From contig JAPMXV010000043.1 in NCBI GenBank assembly GCA_026936335.1, forward strand, positions 248,001 to 312,000: 64,000 nucleotides of DNA. The letters are read 5' to 3'. The translations under genes and the position numbers were made by a program. Positions 44,533-57,466 of this stretch are shown here, one piece after another. The notes below the pieces were generated by a model that worked only from the letters and a program-made list of their open reading frames with translations, did not search any database and was not told where the DNA came from. Numbering within the stretch: the stretch's first letter is position 1; each line of letters opens with the position of its first letter. This DNA is from Mantamonas sphyraenae STR306 (taxonomy: Eukaryota; Protista; CRuMs).

Positions 44533-47500
44533 ATGAGTCGGCAGACGTACCAAGACCTGTGGGAGGAGTCCATGGAGGACTTGGCCTACCTGCTGGAGGA
44601 CGAGGTGCAGGACAAGCAGGTGGTGCGTCGTATGCGAGCCAAGGAAGACATTGTGCGAGTGATGGCCTCCTACTACATCAAGTACCTGCGCATCTACCAG
44701 AAGCTGGAGGATGCGTACGATCAAATGCTCCACCCGCAAAAGCGCGACCTCATGGGCCGCACTCTGGACGCAGTCATGGGTCGCATGCTTGAGTTTAAGG
44801 AGGATCTGGTGTCTCGCATGCACACAGAGTACCTGCGCTTCGACGACTTGCTCCTCGATCTCAAGCTCGAGCCCGACGCCCTCGAGCTGCGGCCTCCACG
44901 CTACTTTGTGGCCAACCACGTCGAAGAACTGCGTCGTATGGACGAAAAGATTGTACGTGATTGAGGTGTGGGGTCGCGTCGTTAGCTCTGTCCTCCGCAG
45001 GAGCTTGCCGAAAAGGGCTGATCTCACCAACGGTTCTTTTGGACCTCTCGCTCACACCCCCCGTGTGCTGCAGCTGCAAGTGCAGCTCGCACAGAGTGCC
45101 CAGATGGACGACTCGGACGAAGAGCGCGAGAACCAGATGAGTCTCGAGGAGGCCATCATGCTTGTGCAACGACACGAGCGAGCTCGCCAGGGAAAGCGAC
45201 GCTTCAAGTACGTCCTCTGGTCCCAAAGGGTTCCCCCCCCACGCACACCCGCGTTCCCAGCCCATTGACACGCAAGCACCAATCCACCCCACCCATCCCA
45301 ACACGCCTGCCACACAGCATCATGCAAGAGCTGAGTGCCAAGGAGCGCGAGGCCACACAAGACCTGTTTGACATGCAAGGGGAGCTGGAAGCAGACCGGG
45401 CGGCGATGCTGATCCAGCGCAACTGGCGAGGGGCCATGGCTCGCTCGCTGTACAAGAACAAAAAGGTGGAATACGAAGAGTTCCTGGGCATGCTTCCATC
45501 TCCCAAGTCACGAGACAGCAAGGATGTGGTGGAGGTGGCCGAGTCGCGACGTGCAGGCTACCGTGCCCTGCAGACCAAGTACCAGCTGGATTTTGCCAAC
45601 GAGGCGGAACGCAAGAAGGAAACGATTATGGAGCGGCAGAAGCCGTTGTGGGAGGAGACCATGCAGAACGACGCCAAGATGTACGTGGCCCACCACATTG
45701 CCGAATACGACAAGTTTCCCGACTTTCCCAAGGGCGGCACCGCAGAGTGGGAAGGCATCGAGTACACCGTCGACTCGGACGACTCGGATTACGAGGAGGA
45801 GAAGCCCAAGAAGAGGAAGAAGAAACAGGGAGAGAAAGGCAAAGGGGCTGGCAAGGGCAAAGCCGCCGCCGCCACCACCCCATCCTCATCGTCCACAGGT
45901 GGCGACAAGACACCACGCACGCCACGTCGCTACGGCATGGGGCGCAACAAGAAGGAAGACGAGGCGCCCAAGACGCCGCTGAGCGAAACCAAGTTTGACA
46001 ACATCCGCAAGCTGGGCAAGCACACGACGCGGTACCAAGAGCAGTGGAAGGACCGCAACGAGGAGAGCAACTTTAAGCAAAAGGCAGATCTGAACCTGTA
46101 CGAGGAGCACGTGACACCCAAGCTGGAGCAAGAGGTGCGCAAACAGGTGGACGAGCTCCTGGCCGTCACCATGGCCAAGTGGAAGCGCGACTACACGGCA
46201 GAGAAGCGAGCCAAGGCACGGGCGGCACGCAAGGGACGCAAGGGACGCAAGGGCGCCACAGGCAGCGGCAACAACACAGGCAAAGGCACTTCTTCGTCGT
46301 CCTCCTCGTCATCGTCGGGCGCAGGCGCTTCGTCGTCACCGCGCAGGCGCGCAGGCCATAGACGCAACGCCGGAGGCACGCCGAGGTCCGGTGGACGCAA
46401 CTCGGGCAGCCGTGGAGGCTCGAGGGAAGGCAGGCGTGGGGGACGCAGGCGAAGACGGGGAGGACACCACAGGCGAGAAGTGCAGGACATCGACATCGAT
46501 CCTGTGGAAACCGCAGAGTTTCAGGACTTGGTGGCGTACGGAGTCATCCAACAGTTGCCCCAGCACACAATGAGTGACTTTGTGGGCCAGCACAAGTTTG
46601 TGGAAACCGTGCCTGCAGCTGAGGAGGAGCAGCTGGTGGAGCCGACCCCTGCCATGGCCGACCTGCGGCGCGTGGTCACCGAAACATGCATCATGCCCCT
46701 GGGCTCTGCCTATGTGCGCAAGAACTGCAAGAACAGCAAGGCAGTGTTGCTGTACGGCAACGAGGGCACGGGCAAGGAGTTGATGGCCCAGATTGTCGCC
46801 GCCAGCGCAGGCGCTGTGCTCATCGACCTGTCGCCCCGCAAGCTGGAGGGCAAGTTCCCAGGCCCCTTGGGTGCCAAGCATCTGATGAACCTGGTCAAGG
46901 CGGTCACCAAGATCGCCCAGCCGGCGGTAGTGTATGTGGAGAACATCGACCACGTATTCTCCGCCAAACGCCGCAAGAGCGCACGCATCAAGTACGCGCC
47001 TGCAGACCGTCCGACGCGACTCAAAAAGCACATTGTGGCTATGGTGAAGCGGTGGAAGGACACCGACCGATGCCTCTTGCTTGGCAGCACACACACACCC
47101 TGGTTCATGGACAACCGATCCGTGGCAAACCTCTTTACACGCCACCTCTACTTCCCCAACCCGGACTATTCGTCGCGACAGCTGCTGTGGAAGCACCTGG
47201 TGCACCGTGAGGTGGGCCCCGAGATGATTGCTGCCCACCATTGCGACGCAGAGTTGGACTACGCCACCCTGGCTCGCTTTAGCGACCAATTCACAGTGGC
47301 CAACATCCACACTGCCCTGCTTTCACTGCTCCATCTGCGACGCAGGCGCACACTGGCCGAGGAGCCCCTGGCCATGCAGGAGGTGCTCACAGAGATGGCC
47401 AAGATCACGCCGGCCGCCACAGGCGCAGACATGATTGCGTTTCGCAAGAAACTGCCACACAGCAAGGCACGCGTGGTTGAAAAGGAAGAGTTGGATGCGT

Positions 47501-47571
47501 TGGAGGAGGAGCGCAAGAAGCAGGCCAGGCAGAAGCGCCGCAAGAAGCCCACCACAACAAACGTGCAGTGA
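44533..47571 (+). CDS. IQCA1: IQ and AAA domain protein (N-DRC subunit DRC11). Exons 44533-44952, 45074-45207, 45318-47571.
   Basis: LEDAYDQMLHPQKR..LDAVMGRMLEFK, IQRNWRG, CIMPLGS, Walker A GNEGTGKE, PDYSSR. Canonical introns. Confidence 0.9.
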
Positions 47572-47616
47572 CCAGTCAATGCAATTTCCCAAAAATCATT
47601 CTTCCATTTGTTTTGT

Positions 47617-50600
47617 TCACGCACGCAAGGATGATGACGTCGACGATGAAGTCGACGACGACGATGCCGTCGTGCGCGCACGCGCGGATGTTGGCCGTCG
47701 ACGATGCGGCTCGGCAACCACGCCAGGACGCTTCGAGGACGACGTACGTGCCGACGTGGGTCGCTTTGGACGCACCTGGCGAATTTGTTTGTGCTGAAGA
47801 CGCACCTGGGATGGCTCGAGCACAAACGAGGTCCGTCCGCCTCGAGCTTGCTTCAGCTTCAGGTCGCCGTCCGCCAGACGGATGCCCTGGGCAGGCAGTT
47901 CCCCGTCGAGCTCACTCACAACGTTGCCTGTGGCCGAAATCCACGAGTTGGTGGCTCCTTGCTGAAAGGTGGACGGCTTCCGCGTGCGCTGGCGCCAATC
48001 GCCCGTGCGTGCGTCGTAGTAGTAATCCGATTCAAGGTGTTGCCACTCGTCCAGACCCAACTTGGGACTCGATGTCCGTTGCAGTGTTTCCTGTTGCCGC
48101 ATGTGCGCAGGCTGAAACGCACGCACGCTTTTCACCATTGCGTCGGTCTTGATCTCGCTCCACGCACGCACCTTGTCATGCTTCGCCTTTTCCCGCGCCA
48201 GCGCACGCTCCCTGTTCTTCCTGTACATCGCCAGCATCGTCTCCATGTCCCTGTCCGTATCGTAGTACAGCGGCGTCACCACGGCCGTGTCGGTATGCAG
48301 CGACTCCTCCCCCACGCTTTCGCCGGCTCCTGCCCCACTGCGACTCGGCACAAGTCCCTCTGCAGTCGCACGCCCTGGCGACCTGCCGCCTCCCACTCGA
48401 GCTTCTTCCACCGCTTCCTCTTCCTTTTCTTCCTCTTCTTCTTCTTCGTCTCCGTTGTCATCGTAAAACAACAATCCAGACGACGACTGTCCCTGCTGCG
48501 GCGCTCCACCCTCTTTGGCAACGGCAGCATCATCCAAATTGTGCATGCGACGGTTTTGAGATGGAGACGTCGACGCACGGGAAGGGGTCATACGCACCTC
48601 CACCACGTCCTCCTTGTCGCCTGCCATCGCTTCCACCCCAACCACCACCCCCGCCCCTTCCTCAACCTCATCCTCATCCTCAACCTCATCATCCTCAACC
48701 TCCTCAACCTCATCCTCGCTCTCGTCCTCCTCCTGCTCCTCCTCCTCGCGTTGCTGCTCCGTAGCCTCCAAGTTTTCCGTCGTGAGCTCTCGGCCGACAA
48801 ACACGGTTTCGCCACGGTCCTTGCGAAGCTGCTCCTCTTGAAGCTTGGCAGCCGTACGGCGGCCACCGGTCATCTTCAGCGTCTCTCTCTTGATGGCAAT
48901 TTCACGAGACTCGTCAAACAACACCTGCTCCTCTTTGTAGCCCACAATCACGTTGCGCAGCCATCGACCAATCCGCTCCTCGCTGCTGTTGGCTGCCATC
49001 AGACGCCGTTTCAGCGCAATGTCCTTCTCCGCTTGGCTGGGGCCGGGTGTGGTATCGCCCACCTGCTGGGCACTCTGCGCGTCCTGCTGCTGCTGCTGAA
49101 GTTTCGCCTGTGCCGCCGCCTCTTCCTCCTCGCGCTTGTGACGCTGCGAGCCCTTGAGGATCGATCGCACAGGGGGCCCAGCGTAAGCTTTGATTTCTGG
49201 TGCATCGACAGTCACGTTTTCCAGATCCAAGTCGTGTTCCAACACCGCCGGCGACAAGCCCGACATCTCAGACATCTGTCGCACATACTCCTCCAGCGGG
49301 TTTGTGTACAGCTGGACCACCACGTCGTCCTTGAATGCAACCTTGTGTGTCCTTTCCTCCTTTCCCTGTGTGATTTCATCGTCGTCGTGGATGGCAACGC
49401 CTTCCCCGTGTCCGACAACATCCTCCTCGCTGTCGGTGCGATGTAGAGTGCGCCCCTTTGACGACGAAACGACATCGCTGCGCGAGTTTACCAGCGTGTT
49501 GGTAACCAACAGCAATTCGCGCTCGCGGTTGACCTCCTGCGTATGTACAGCCTCTTCGTGCAACGCCTCCTGTTCCATCATTGCACTGTTGTCTCTGTGC
49601 CTGGCGTAGCGCATGCCCTCGGCCGACTCTTTGCCCTGCCGTTGTCGCAGCAAGCGCCGGTCCAGCCGTCGCAGCTGGTCCACAAAGTTGGCGTGCAGGT
49701 TCATATCCGGGTGCCGCAGCGACAGAAACTCCATCGCTGTCTTCAGCCGCCACCGGAACCGGAACATCAGGATGCCCAGCAGCAGACAACACGACCGCGA
49801 GTCGCCCCGCACACTGTGGATGAGCACACCCTCGCCTGCGTCCAACGCAGCCTCCACAAACTTCACCGCAGTGCGCAGCGTGCGGTTCTGCCCGTCCAGA
49901 ATCGTGCAGTAGGCCGAGTTTTTCCAGTCGAACGTCAGGTACTTGACCCCCTGTTGCACCCACAGGTTGCGTACAGAGGCCCCCGCACAGTTGATGATGT
50001 GTGTGATCTTGAAAGGGAAAATGAACGAGGCCTGTGTCGCGGCCTGGTGGTCGCCCAGATACAGGCCATCCACAATACGGATGTCAAACGGCGCAGAGGC
50101 GCTCAAAGTCCCGCTTCCGTCCAGATTGGTGTCCACTTTGGCTTTGACGGCTTCCAGCGCTTGTTTCTGGTTTCGTCGCTTCTTTGACGCTGCCTTGCGC
50201 CGCGACTTGCGCTTGCTACTCTTTCCTGTCCGCCTGCTCTTCTTTCCCGATGTGCTTGCTTCCTCCGCGTGCGTTTGCCCGTTGCCTTTGTCTTGTTGTG
50301 GGCCAGGAGACAATGGCGCTTGCACCACTCTTGTATGCATCAGCTCCATGTCCTGCACCAGCTCCGGGGCAAACTGCACCCGGCTACGACTCTTTGCATG
50401 CTGTACGCCATCCTGTGTTGCGCCCGCCGTCGTCTCTTTGTCCTCCTGCTCCTGCTCCTGCACCAGCTCATCCACACTCTGCACATTCTCCTTTCCGGTT
50501 TCCCGACCATCGGCAAACACCACGACCGCCTCTCTGCTCCCTGTGCTGCTTCCGCTTCCACTGCTGCTTCCACCCGACGGTGCTTCCGACCCCACTCGCC

Positions 50601-51612
50601 AGTCTTCATGCAAAAACTCGCGTGCACCGGCAGTCTCGCGCTGAAAGATGACTTCCGAGTCGCCCCACGGATCCAACGCACTGTCGTTTGTGTTGCGTGG
50701 CGACCTGGTGGTCAGTCTCTCAAAGGCCTGTGTGTTTGCATCTGCATTCTGCCTGGGTGACACCTTCCACATGGCCTGGGGCAGTTTCACGGTGCGGTTG
50801 GGGCTTGTCGATGCCCCCTGCATCACCAGTGATGTCTTGGGTGACAGTTGTCGCACGTATGCAGTAGGCGGTGATCGCATGTTGCTTCTGCCCGGTGATG
50901 ACGGCGACCCAGGCGGCGATGCAATCGGCGTCGCGCCAGTGAGATGAGCGTAGACGCTCTTTGCCGCGGCGCGCTTCTGCTCCACACTCGGTTGACTGAA
51001 CGAATCAGCCACACTCCACAGGCGTTGTGAATCCAACAGAGCCGAATTGACCATGTCTTCGGCGACGACGTCTGTGCTGATGACACGTGGAGACGTCGTG
51101 GGGCTGCGTTGCGCGCTGTGGCTGCCGCTTCCACCAACGGATTTCTGTGTCCCCGCGACTGTGCGTCCCGACGACTCGACGCGCAGCCAGTCGGCCTGGT
51201 AGCCCGCCGACACGGACGAAACCGACGAAATCTGGCTGACCACCTCGTCTTGATCGCTCAGCTGCAACGAATCGTCCGGCAGCGGCGATCCTGGTTCGGG
51301 GCTCACCGTACGTCGCGGCACGTACTCCTTCCGAACCTCGTCCTCATCGCCCACCGTCGTCACTTCCACCACAGGTGCTCGGTTGCGTGCATGTGCACTT
51401 TGCGGCCGTTGGTAGGCTTTCCGCGTGCCACTGTGTCCACTGGTAGGCCTGTGCGGTTGGACGATGCGCCTCGGGCTGTTGCTCTTGTTGCCCTGCTCCT
51501 TTCCCGACCCCTGAGTCTGCATGCGCCCGCGTGCAGACAGAGGACGCACCACAAAGCCCACTCCCATCCCCTGGGCAATGCGGTTGGCCGCTCCTTGCTC
51601 GGTCCAGCTCAT
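47617..51612 (-). CDS. Dual-specificity phosphatase-domain protein with catalytic Cys replaced by Ser and long disordered flanks
   Basis: DGLYLGD, ITHIINCAG, VLIHSVRGDSRS, NFVDQL. Start placed at MSWTEQ (51612). Confidence 0.8.
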   Translation of the reverse strand: MSWTEQGAANRIAQGMGVGFVVRPLSARGRMQTQGSGKEQGNKSNSPRRIVQPHRPTSGHSGTRKAYQRPQSAHARNRAPVVEVTTVGDEDEVRKEYVPRRTVSPEPGSPLPDDSLQLSDQDEVVSQISSVSSVSAGYQADWLRVESSGRTVAGTQKSVGGSGSHSAQRSPTTSPRVISTDVVAEDMVNSALLDSQRLWSVADSFSQPSVEQKRAAAKSVYAHLTGATPIASPPGSPSSPGRSNMRSPPTAYVRQLSPKTSLVMQGASTSPNRTVKLPQAMWKVSPRQNADANTQAFERLTTRSPRNTNDSALDPWGDSEVIFQRETAGAREFLHEDWRVGSEAPSGGSSSGSGSSTGSREAVVVFADGRETGKENVQSVDELVQEQEQEDKETTAGATQDGVQHAKSRSRVQFAPELVQDMELMHTRVVQAPLSPGPQQDKGNGQTHAEEASTSGKKSRRTGKSSKRKSRRKAASKKRRNQKQALEAVKAKVDTNLDGSGTLSASAPFDIRIVDGLYLGDHQAATQASFIFPFKITHIINCAGASVRNLWVQQGVKYLTFDWKNSAYCTILDGQNRTLRTAVKFVEAALDAGEGVLIHSVRGDSRSCCLLLGILMFRFRWRLKTAMEFLSLRHPDMNLHANFVDQLRRLDRRLLRQRQGKESAEGMRYARHRDNSAMMEQEALHEEAVHTQEVNRERELLLVTNTLVNSRSDVVSSSKGRTLHRTDSEEDVVGHGEGVAIHDDDEITQGKEERTHKVAFKDDVVVQLYTNPLEEYVRQMSEMSGLSPAVLEHDLDLENVTVDAPEIKAYAGPPVRSILKGSQRHKREEEEAAAQAKLQQQQQDAQSAQQVGDTTPGPSQAEKDIALKRRLMAANSSEERIGRWLRNVIVGYKEEQVLFDESREIAIKRETLKMTGGRRTAAKLQEEQLRKDRGETVFVGRELTTENLEATEQQREEEEQEEDESEDEVEEVEDDEVEDEDEVEEGAGVVVGVEAMAGDKEDVVEVRMTPSRASTSPSQNRRMHNLDDAAVAKEGGAPQQGQSSSGLLFYDDNGDEEEEEEEKEEEAVEEARVGGGRSPGRATAEGLVPSRSGAGAGESVGEESLHTDTAVVTPLYYDTDRDMETMLAMYRKNRERALAREKAKHDKVRAWSEIKTDAMVKSVRAFQPAHMRQQETLQRTSSPKLGLDEWQHLESDYYYDARTGDWRQRTRKPSTFQQGATNSWISATGNVVSELDGELPAQGIRLADGDLKLKQARGGRTSFVLEPSQVRLQHKQIRQVRPKRPTSARTSSSKRPGVVAEPHRRRPTSARARTTASSSSTSSSTSSSLRA

Positions 51613-51666
51613 TGCCGGCCGTTTTTGTCGTTGACCGGCCCGTGCGGCTCCCAACCCAAAGCAGCC

Positions 51667-53817
51667 ATGGTACGCGTCCCATTCTGCCACACTCCAGCCC
51701 ACACCGTCTCCCCATGTGCCCTCTCCTCCGTTCAAACGGGGTTGGCCACGTTGCCCGTACCCAGCCCCAATTGAGCACACACACGCACTCTTTGGGTCTG
51801 GCCCCACACCTTCTTGATGGGACCACTGACACCCCCACCCCCCTTCCCCTTCCCCACACACACCCCCACCCACACATGATTCACGCACGCAGTCGGGTCG
51901 TCAGCGAACACCACGCAGACGCAACTCGCGCCGAGGCCGTCGCCCACGCCGCCGTGGCCAGCAGCAGGCTGCGGAGGACCTGCAGAAGAAGCGCGAGGAA
52001 GAAGCTCGCAATCTGTTGTTGGTACGTTGACACAATGTGAGGGAGGTGCATACGCCATACGTGGACATGCCACATGGCTCCATGGTCTGTGTTGCAGGCC
52101 ACCAGCCGTCGTGGATCGTCGTGCAAAATGGATTCGCGGTTCGGGCAACGTGTGCCTGGCAAACGCGTAACGTTCGGAATGGAAACGCGGCGCTGCACAG
52201 CCACAGCAGACTCGCACGCTGACACATATGGAACACACGCGCACACATGCATCCCACAGGAGCGACAAAAGCTGGAGGAGAAGCTCTCGCGGGTCAACAA
52301 CAACAAGATCCGCGTGCGCTGGCGTTCGATCATGCGGGAAGCCAAACTGACCGACCTGAAAAAGGAGGTGGAGGTCATGATGCAACACCACGAGCGCGAG
52401 ATGGACCGCAAGGACGCCTTTATCAACATGCTGGACAAGGATCTGGACGAGAGTGCGGAACAGTACGTTTGCCGTGTGTGACGTGTGAGGCTGCGGAAGG
52501 AGAGGGCACAGCTTTGAGCCACCCCCCCCATTTGCAGCACACCACACACACACACACACACACACACGCTGTGACACACAACCATCCCACTCACACTCAC
52601 ACTCACCACCACCCACTATCAACAGGTTCCTGATGGCCATGCGATCACACCTGCGCAATGTGGACAAGTTGATTGAGATCCACACGACGTCGCTGGCACA
52701 GCTGGAGTACGAGTTCAACGTGGAGCTGCAGACGCTGCAGCAGGAGTTTTCAGCGGAGCGACGGGAAATCATGAAGCAGCACAACCGGGAGCACAACGAG
52801 TTGTCGCAGATCATGAACACAATGGAGATGCGGTTCAAGAGCGAGGAGCTGAACGCGTTCCAGGTGTACAGCAACATGCAGGAGGAAATCAAGGGCAAGA
52901 AGCAAGAGGAGAAGGAAATGTTGAAGCGACAGCTGCAGACGACGATTTCGCTGCTCAAGGGTTCGTTCGACCAGGCGCACCGCCACTACACAACGACCAC
53001 GGAGAACCCGCGTGCGCAGTACAAGGAGCTGACGCAGGAGGACACGCGGCTTGTCAAGCTCATCGAGTCGAACAACAAGCGCATCATGAAGCTGACGGCC
53101 AAGGTGAATCACCTGAAGGTGAAGCACAACAACAACGTCAAGGAGTGCAGCGCACGCAACAACGCACTCAAAGAGGAAAAGGACGCCATTGCACAGCACT
53201 TTCGCGAGCTCAAGGGCCGCATGAGCAAGTTCCGAGAGGCACAGGCCAAGCGTCTGAAGGAGCTGACCAAGAATTCAAACAATGCCATGAAGGAGCTGGA
53301 CAAGAAAGTGGAACGGGCCGAGCGCATCCTCAAGCTGGCCGAGATGAACAGGAAGCTGGAGACGGAGCGAGAGAAGGTGCTGCCCTTCTACGAGAGCACT
53401 GTGGAGGATTACCAGGACGATGAGCAGACAGAGGAGGTGCAGACACGCGTGCAATCGTACCAGGCGAGCGCGCTGACCTTTGAGGGCAAACCCGTCGACG
53501 AGTGGCACTACCTGGACAACTTTTACAAACGATTCAACAAGGTGCTGCTGGACAAGCTGGCGTTGGAGCGAGAGCACGCCAAGCTGGAGCAGGAGAACGA
53601 CGACCTCAAAACCCTGCTCAAGCAGTACCTCGAGGGCGTCAGTGTCAGCGAGGCTGTCATGGAGAAGCCCAATCCGCTGCTCATTGTCAACCGACGCACA
53701 AACGCCATCGTGCAACCGGATGCACGTGTCGTCCACGCCCTTAGCAAGGGTGAGGTGCCGTCGTTTGCCTTTAACGTCGTCGAGGCCCAGACCATGAACG
53801 CGTCTCGGTATGCGTGA
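51667..53817 (+). CDS. CCDC65: N-DRC subunit DRC2. Exons 51667-51669 (ATG only), 51893-52021, 52260-52462, 52626-53817.
   Basis: WRSIMREAK, DRKDAFI..LDKDLDESAEQ, RSHLRNVDKLI, ILKLAEMNRKLETEREKVLPF, NFYKRFNKVLLD, LKQYLEG, NPL. All joins are in phase. The first exon is less certain. Confidence 0.9.
52543..52567. repeat. (CA)n microsatellite in a DRC2 intron
   Basis: Directly visible. Confidence 0.9.
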
Positions 53818-53899
53818 CACAGCACAAACAGAAACACACACACACACACAACAGTACATCGGATGCATTCATTGTTCAATTCAATTCATCCCACCTCTC

Positions 53900-56800
53900 T
53901 CATGCGCCCAAAAGAGCCCACTCGTTGCGGCAGCGAACGGCGGCTGCGCGAACGCGTCGCTTGCGGTCGCCCACAGCGGCATTGAGGCCGCGGTACACGT
54001 CGTCCTTCCACGGGTGGACGCGGTCGTAGGGCAGATTGGTGAGATGAAAGAGACAGTTGAGTGCAGAAATGCGGATGGTCATGAGGGTGCCCTCGTCGGC
54101 AAGGGCCAGGAGGCGAGGAACAAGGTGCTGCAGTTGGCTCTCAACCATGCTGGGCGTGTCCTTGCACATGCGTTCCAAAGCCTGAAGGGTGGACGCCAGC
54201 AGCGACTGGTTGTCCACATGGAGCGACTGCAGCAACAGGGGCAGCAGCGATTCAAGGGACATCTCCAACACACGGCTGCGTACGACAGCCATGAGCTGCG
54301 AGAGGGCAATAAGGAAGGCGACGGGCACAGTGAGCGCCGATGATTGGTCGTCGCTGGCGCTGCCTCCGTCTCCGTCCTGCTCTGTGTTGCCCTGAAGAAG
54401 TTGCTGCACGAGGAGCGTAAAATACTTCTGCTGGTGGAGAAAGTGCACGTTTGCGTGCCACTGGCTCTGCAACATCCATGAGTCGTTGCCGAGCACGTGG
54501 TGCATGTGGTCGGCCAGTGCAAGACCCACGTCGTCGTCGGCCAACATGCGACACAGCGACTTGACTGCCGGCGGCGCACGTGCATGGTTGCGTACAACCA
54601 AGCCCTTGGTCACCCACAGCTGCGCCAGAGCCATGTTGAGGGTCGTCGGTTCGCCCCCGTCTTCCAACGCCTTTGTGTGCAGGGCAGCCAGGCGACCGGC
54701 CACCTCTCTGTCCTCGCCGTGGTTGATCAGCACACACAGTAGCCTGCCCGCACGTTCACGCACCTCGGGGCTTGTGTGTGTCCCGCATGCAAGAGTGTGC
54801 ACCTGTCGAAACACAGTGTCGATGTCTTGCACCTCTGTATCTTTGCGGCGTGTGGCCATGGCCGCAAGCTCAAAGGCAACCAGTTGTTGCTGGTGCACGT
54901 TGGCCGACTGTGCGTACGTGCACGCCTCTGCGCCAAAGTGCAGTGTGGCCACCATCTCCCCAATGACCACCCCCTGTGTTGCTGCGTCCAACGACACCAG
55001 CATCGACTGCACACACCCGTGCACCCTGTCCCACATGGCACTGGGCCATCCTTCGTCCCCTTCCTCGCTCCCTTCCACATCCATTCCCGACGACGACGAC
55101 GGCTGCGGCTGCGACGCCGCAAGCGCCACAAAGGCCTCGAGCATCGGCGGCAACAGCGACGTCTGTGCACACTCGGCCATCATGTCCACGTCGTGGCGCT
55201 GGGTGGCCAGGATTCGATCCAGCGCCTCCAAGGCAAGGTGAAGGAGCACAGGACGATCCAAGTGCTCCTGGACGAGTTGCAACAGGGCAGGTGTGACCTG
55301 TCGCACCAGCTCTCGGCTGCCTCCAGAACAGACGCTGGCCAGATGCGCCAGCAGGGCCTGTTCCTCATTGTTCTGCGTTGCCTCCACAAAGATCTGTCCG
55401 TCGTACCCGGACGGATTCTTGAGGGCGTCCAACAGCGTCTGTACACACTGGTCGATGACGCAGGCGACATGCTGCACGGCAAACTTGTGCAACGCCTGCA
55501 ACGCTTGCTGTCGTGCGCTGCTCTTGCTGTCCTGCAACAGCACCTGAGTCAGATGGGCCACCACAGGGTCGGCCTGCTCTTCACTCAACACACCCTCGTT
55601 CCACGCCGTACCCACCATCGCCGCGAGTCCGGCAATGGCAAACGATTGGTTCTCCGCACTCTGCGTGCCATCCGCACCAAACAGCGCATCCTGGAAGATG
55701 TCCACCAAACGGGGCGCAAACGGAAGCAGAGGCGACGCGTCGTGCACCCATGCGTCGTCCACATGCAAGCCGAGGTCGTCCTCGTCCAATGTGTCCTGCC
55801 CCTCCTCTTCCTCCTCCTCCTTGTCCTCCTCTTGCTGGCGTAGGAGAAGAGCACGCCTTTTGCCCAGCTGCTCCACCGCGTTCACCAGTGTGGTGCACAG
55901 AAACAGCATGTCCTGGCGGGTGGTAATCTTGTTGGAGCCCAGGTACATGTCGCACAGCGCAGGTGCGAGCTCTTTGAGGAGGATCCCAGCCGCGCTGGAC
56001 GAGGCACCGGCCACCGCCTCAAAGACAGGACCCAATGCGCGCAGACTGCTGTGCAGCGGCGATCCCAACGTCTGCGTGCTGTCGTGGATGACCATGTCCA
56101 TGAGGGTGCGCAGGTGTGCAGAGAGGGGCGACATGGAGAGGACCATGACAAAGACTCGCAAACACTCCAGCGAAGCCTGGATCACGCCGTTGTCGTGGCC
56201 ACTGAGAATCTGTGCACGGAGACACGTCCACAAATCCTCGGTGTAATCGTGCAAAGGATCCGCGCCAAACCGATGCATACAATAGGCGAGGGTGGCCAGG
56301 CAGTCGATTTGGCTGGAGGGGCCGTCGCCGTCGATCTTTTCAATGAGCAGGGGCAGGGTGTACGGTGCCATGTCCGGGGCAGCACACAGGATGTCCTGGA
56401 GTGGGAGGGCCAGGTCGTCAAAGGTGATGCCGTAGGGGTCGTTGGGGGGCGGACGGAAGCTGATGGGGAAGTAGCAGCTGGTGACGTCGTGCAAATCCTC
56501 CGCAAAGTGCTCCCAGCCCGGAATGTAGCGGATGCAACTGAGAGCCAGGGGAAAGGCCAGCACGAGGCAGCGCGGGTCCTTTTCGCCATCCATGGCAGTG
56601 ACAAACTGGAGCACAAAGACGTCCCCCAGCTCCTGCAGTGCGGTACGCCGATGCTCCATGAAATGGGTCAACAGACGGTAGACCAGCAGACGCACAGAGA
56701 CGGGTTGGGATTGCACGTGCACCGAGTCCAACATGCTGCACGGGGTGGGGGAAGCGGGGGGCGGATGGAAACGGAGTGGGGTGGGGTTAGTTTCCGGCGA

Positions 56801-57396
56801 AGAACGCGTGTGGGTGCATGGCATACGTGGCAGAAGGTGTGGGAAGCGTACCGTTGTGTGATCTGCTTGGCGTCATTGTCGGTGAGTTGTGACGCATGGG
56901 AGGCGACGAGTGCGGAAAAGGCTCGGATGCACTCGGGGCTGGACGGGCTGTCCTCGATGCGGCTCAGAAAGAAGGCCACCAGGACGGGCAGGGCGTCCCC
57001 GAGCTGCAAGTCAGGCAAACGCTGCAAGACTTCGGCCAGAAGACGGGTGGCAGCCACGCGCACATTGTCGCTGTCCGAAGTGAGGTAGTCGCCCATGTCG
57101 CCGATCAAGGACTGCAACGAGGTGTCGTCCGTAGCACGGTTAATCTCTGGAGGGAGGTGTGGTGGTTCGACAACGCGGTCAGATGAGAGAGGAGGGAGAG
57201 CACACGCCGGGGAGTGGAAATGTGCACGCGTGCAGGAGCAGTGGGCGGGGGGGGGGAAAGGGTGAGGAATGCGCGAAGGAAGACCAAACGCACTGATCAA
57301 CACTCCGTTGAGCGCCGTGGTTTGCTCCTGCGCACTTGCGCGCGGGTCACAATAGTTGGCGAGCAACTCTGCCACAGGGGCACTGGAGAGGGACAT
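53900..57396 (-). CDS. MMS19: MMS19 cytosolic Fe-S assembly targeting factor. Exons 57396-57294, 57146-56852, 56735-53900.
   Basis: MDGEKDPRCL, CYFPISFRPPPNDPYGIT, WVTKGLVVR, DRKRRVRAAAVRCRNEW. Confidence 0.93.
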
Positions 57397-57466
57397 GAGA
57401 GAGGGATGGACAAGCAGGCGCATGGAGCACCAACACACACACACACATCCCAGAGAAACACACGAC

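Noticed and set aside
51613-51888. ORF-track N-terminal extensions of the DSP gene, and likewise at 8093-8332, 17221-17334, 36075-36416, 43284-43466 and 57356-57466
   Set aside because: They begin at non-ATG or poorly placed starts and overlap neighbouring genes, introns or promoters.
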